DNA from: Candidatus Lokiarchaeum ossiferum
Lineage (GTDB): Archaea > Asgardarchaeota > Lokiarchaeia > Sigyniarchaeales > Promethearchaeaceae
Assembly (NCBI GenBank): GCA_025839675.1
Contig: CP104013.1
Coordinates: forward strand, 2,970,001-3,002,000
DNA length: 32,000 nucleotides
Direction: 5' to 3'
Position 1 is the stretch's first letter. Each line of letters opens with the position of its first letter. Below the pieces are notes generated by a model. It worked only from the letters and a program-made list of their open reading frames with translations, was not told the DNA's origin and did not search any database. Both the position numbers and the translations under genes were made by a program. Positions 31,405 through 32,000 of this stretch are shown piece by piece.

Positions 31405-31899
31405 ATGACAGCAAAAAAAGAAGAAATTGTTTTACATCCGATTGGAGAAGTTAAATCTAAAGAAGGAAAAACTTGGATAGAGGTAAAAGAACAATATAGA
31501 CTTGCCCTAAAAGAATTAGAAAAATTCACCCATGTCAATATCGTTTGGTGGGCACATAAAAATGATACCCCCAAGCGACGAGCGGTATTACTATCAGAAG
31601 AATTACCCCCATTTTATGGAAAAGACGCACCTAGTATGGGAGTTTTTGCCAATAGATCGGAATTTCGTCCCAATCCAATATGTGTTTCTGCAACACAGAT
31701 AATTAAAGTGGACCTGAAAGAAGGGATAATTCAGATCCCATGGACAGATGCGTTTCCAGGAACTCCAATTGTTGATATTAAACCATATCTTCCAATGGCT
31801 GACATCATTGAAGGGGCGGATTATCCTAATTATCTCCAACATTGGCCTAAAAGTCAGGAAGCAGCCATGAAATGGTGGGCTGAAATGGAACAAGAGTGA
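31405..31899 (+). CDS. trmO: TsaA/YaeB (TrmO)-family SAM-dependent methyltransferase
   Basis: Family motifs: HPIGEVKS, HVNIVWWAH, GVFANRSEFRPNPICVS, DAFPGTPIVDIKPYLP. The track ORF starts at TTG 31363. ATG 31405 (MTAKKEEIVLHPIG…) fits the family N-terminus better. Confidence 0.8.
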   Translation: MTAKKEEIVLHPIGEVKSKEGKTWIEVKEQYRLALKELEKFTHVNIVWWAHKNDTPKRRAVLLSEELPPFYGKDAPSMGVFANRSEFRPNPICVSATQIIKVDLKEGIIQIPWTDAFPGTPIVDIKPYLPMADIIEGADYPNYLQHWPKSQEAAMKWWAEMEQE

Positions 31900-32000
31900 T
31901 AATTTGAATCACCAAAATAATTCTTTTTTTTTATAAATCTATAAATAACTGAAAAGGATAAGTAATTAATAGGATTCGATTTGTATTCTGTGAATTCATA

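Noticed and set aside
31290-31893. Track ORFs 31290-31574 (-) and 31603-31893 (-).
   Set aside because: They are antisense to the TrmO/TsaA-like gene, whose motifs (RPNPI, DIKPY) are unambiguous. Their translations are hydrophobic noise.

Overview
The window is AT-rich (about 30% GC outside one gene) and reads as archaeal chromosomal DNA. It has a tRNA-Ser with an intron at the canonical 37/38 position, TATA-like boxes about 25-30 nt upstream of starts, and oligo-T runs after genes. A Ras/Rab-like small GTPase, two longin/roadblock-like domains and many PAS/GAF sensor kinases suggest an Asgard (Lokiarchaeia-like) source. That source is inference only, because no database search was possible. 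I support about 24 protein genes and one tRNA.

Content in order:
- YcxB-like membrane protein and tRNA-Ser(UGA).
- GAF protein with a C-terminal four-Cys module.
- 7TM protein fused to a longin/roadblock-like domain.
- Xylose-isomerase-like TIM-barrel enzyme.
- Three large sensor histidine kinases: two hybrid with REC and one HisKA_2-type.
- Trm11/UPF0020-like RNA methyltransferase with an odd motif IV.
- Small secreted protein and a tandem winged-helix regulator.
- A 1,496-aa secreted protein combining a subtilisin S8 domain, four Ig-like/PPC modules and a C-terminal clan-CD (caspase/legumain-like) cysteine-peptidase domain.
- DUF362 + 2x[4Fe-4S] membrane-anchored protein.
- Small GTPase with a non-canonical G3 motif.
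- YihQ-like GH31 glycosidase.
- Stand-alone longin/roadblock-like protein.
- Heterodimeric ABC exporter pair with one degenerate ATP site.
- Eis-like GNAT.
- Translationally coupled GyrI-like + ArsR-like pair.
- TrmO/TsaA-like methyltransferase.

I found no CRISPR array, transposase, integrase or rRNA.

The leads most worth following are the dual-protease surface protein and the eukaryote-like GTPase/longin components, which include a 7TM-longin fusion. All functional calls rest on motifs read from the translations. None was verified by search or structure prediction.
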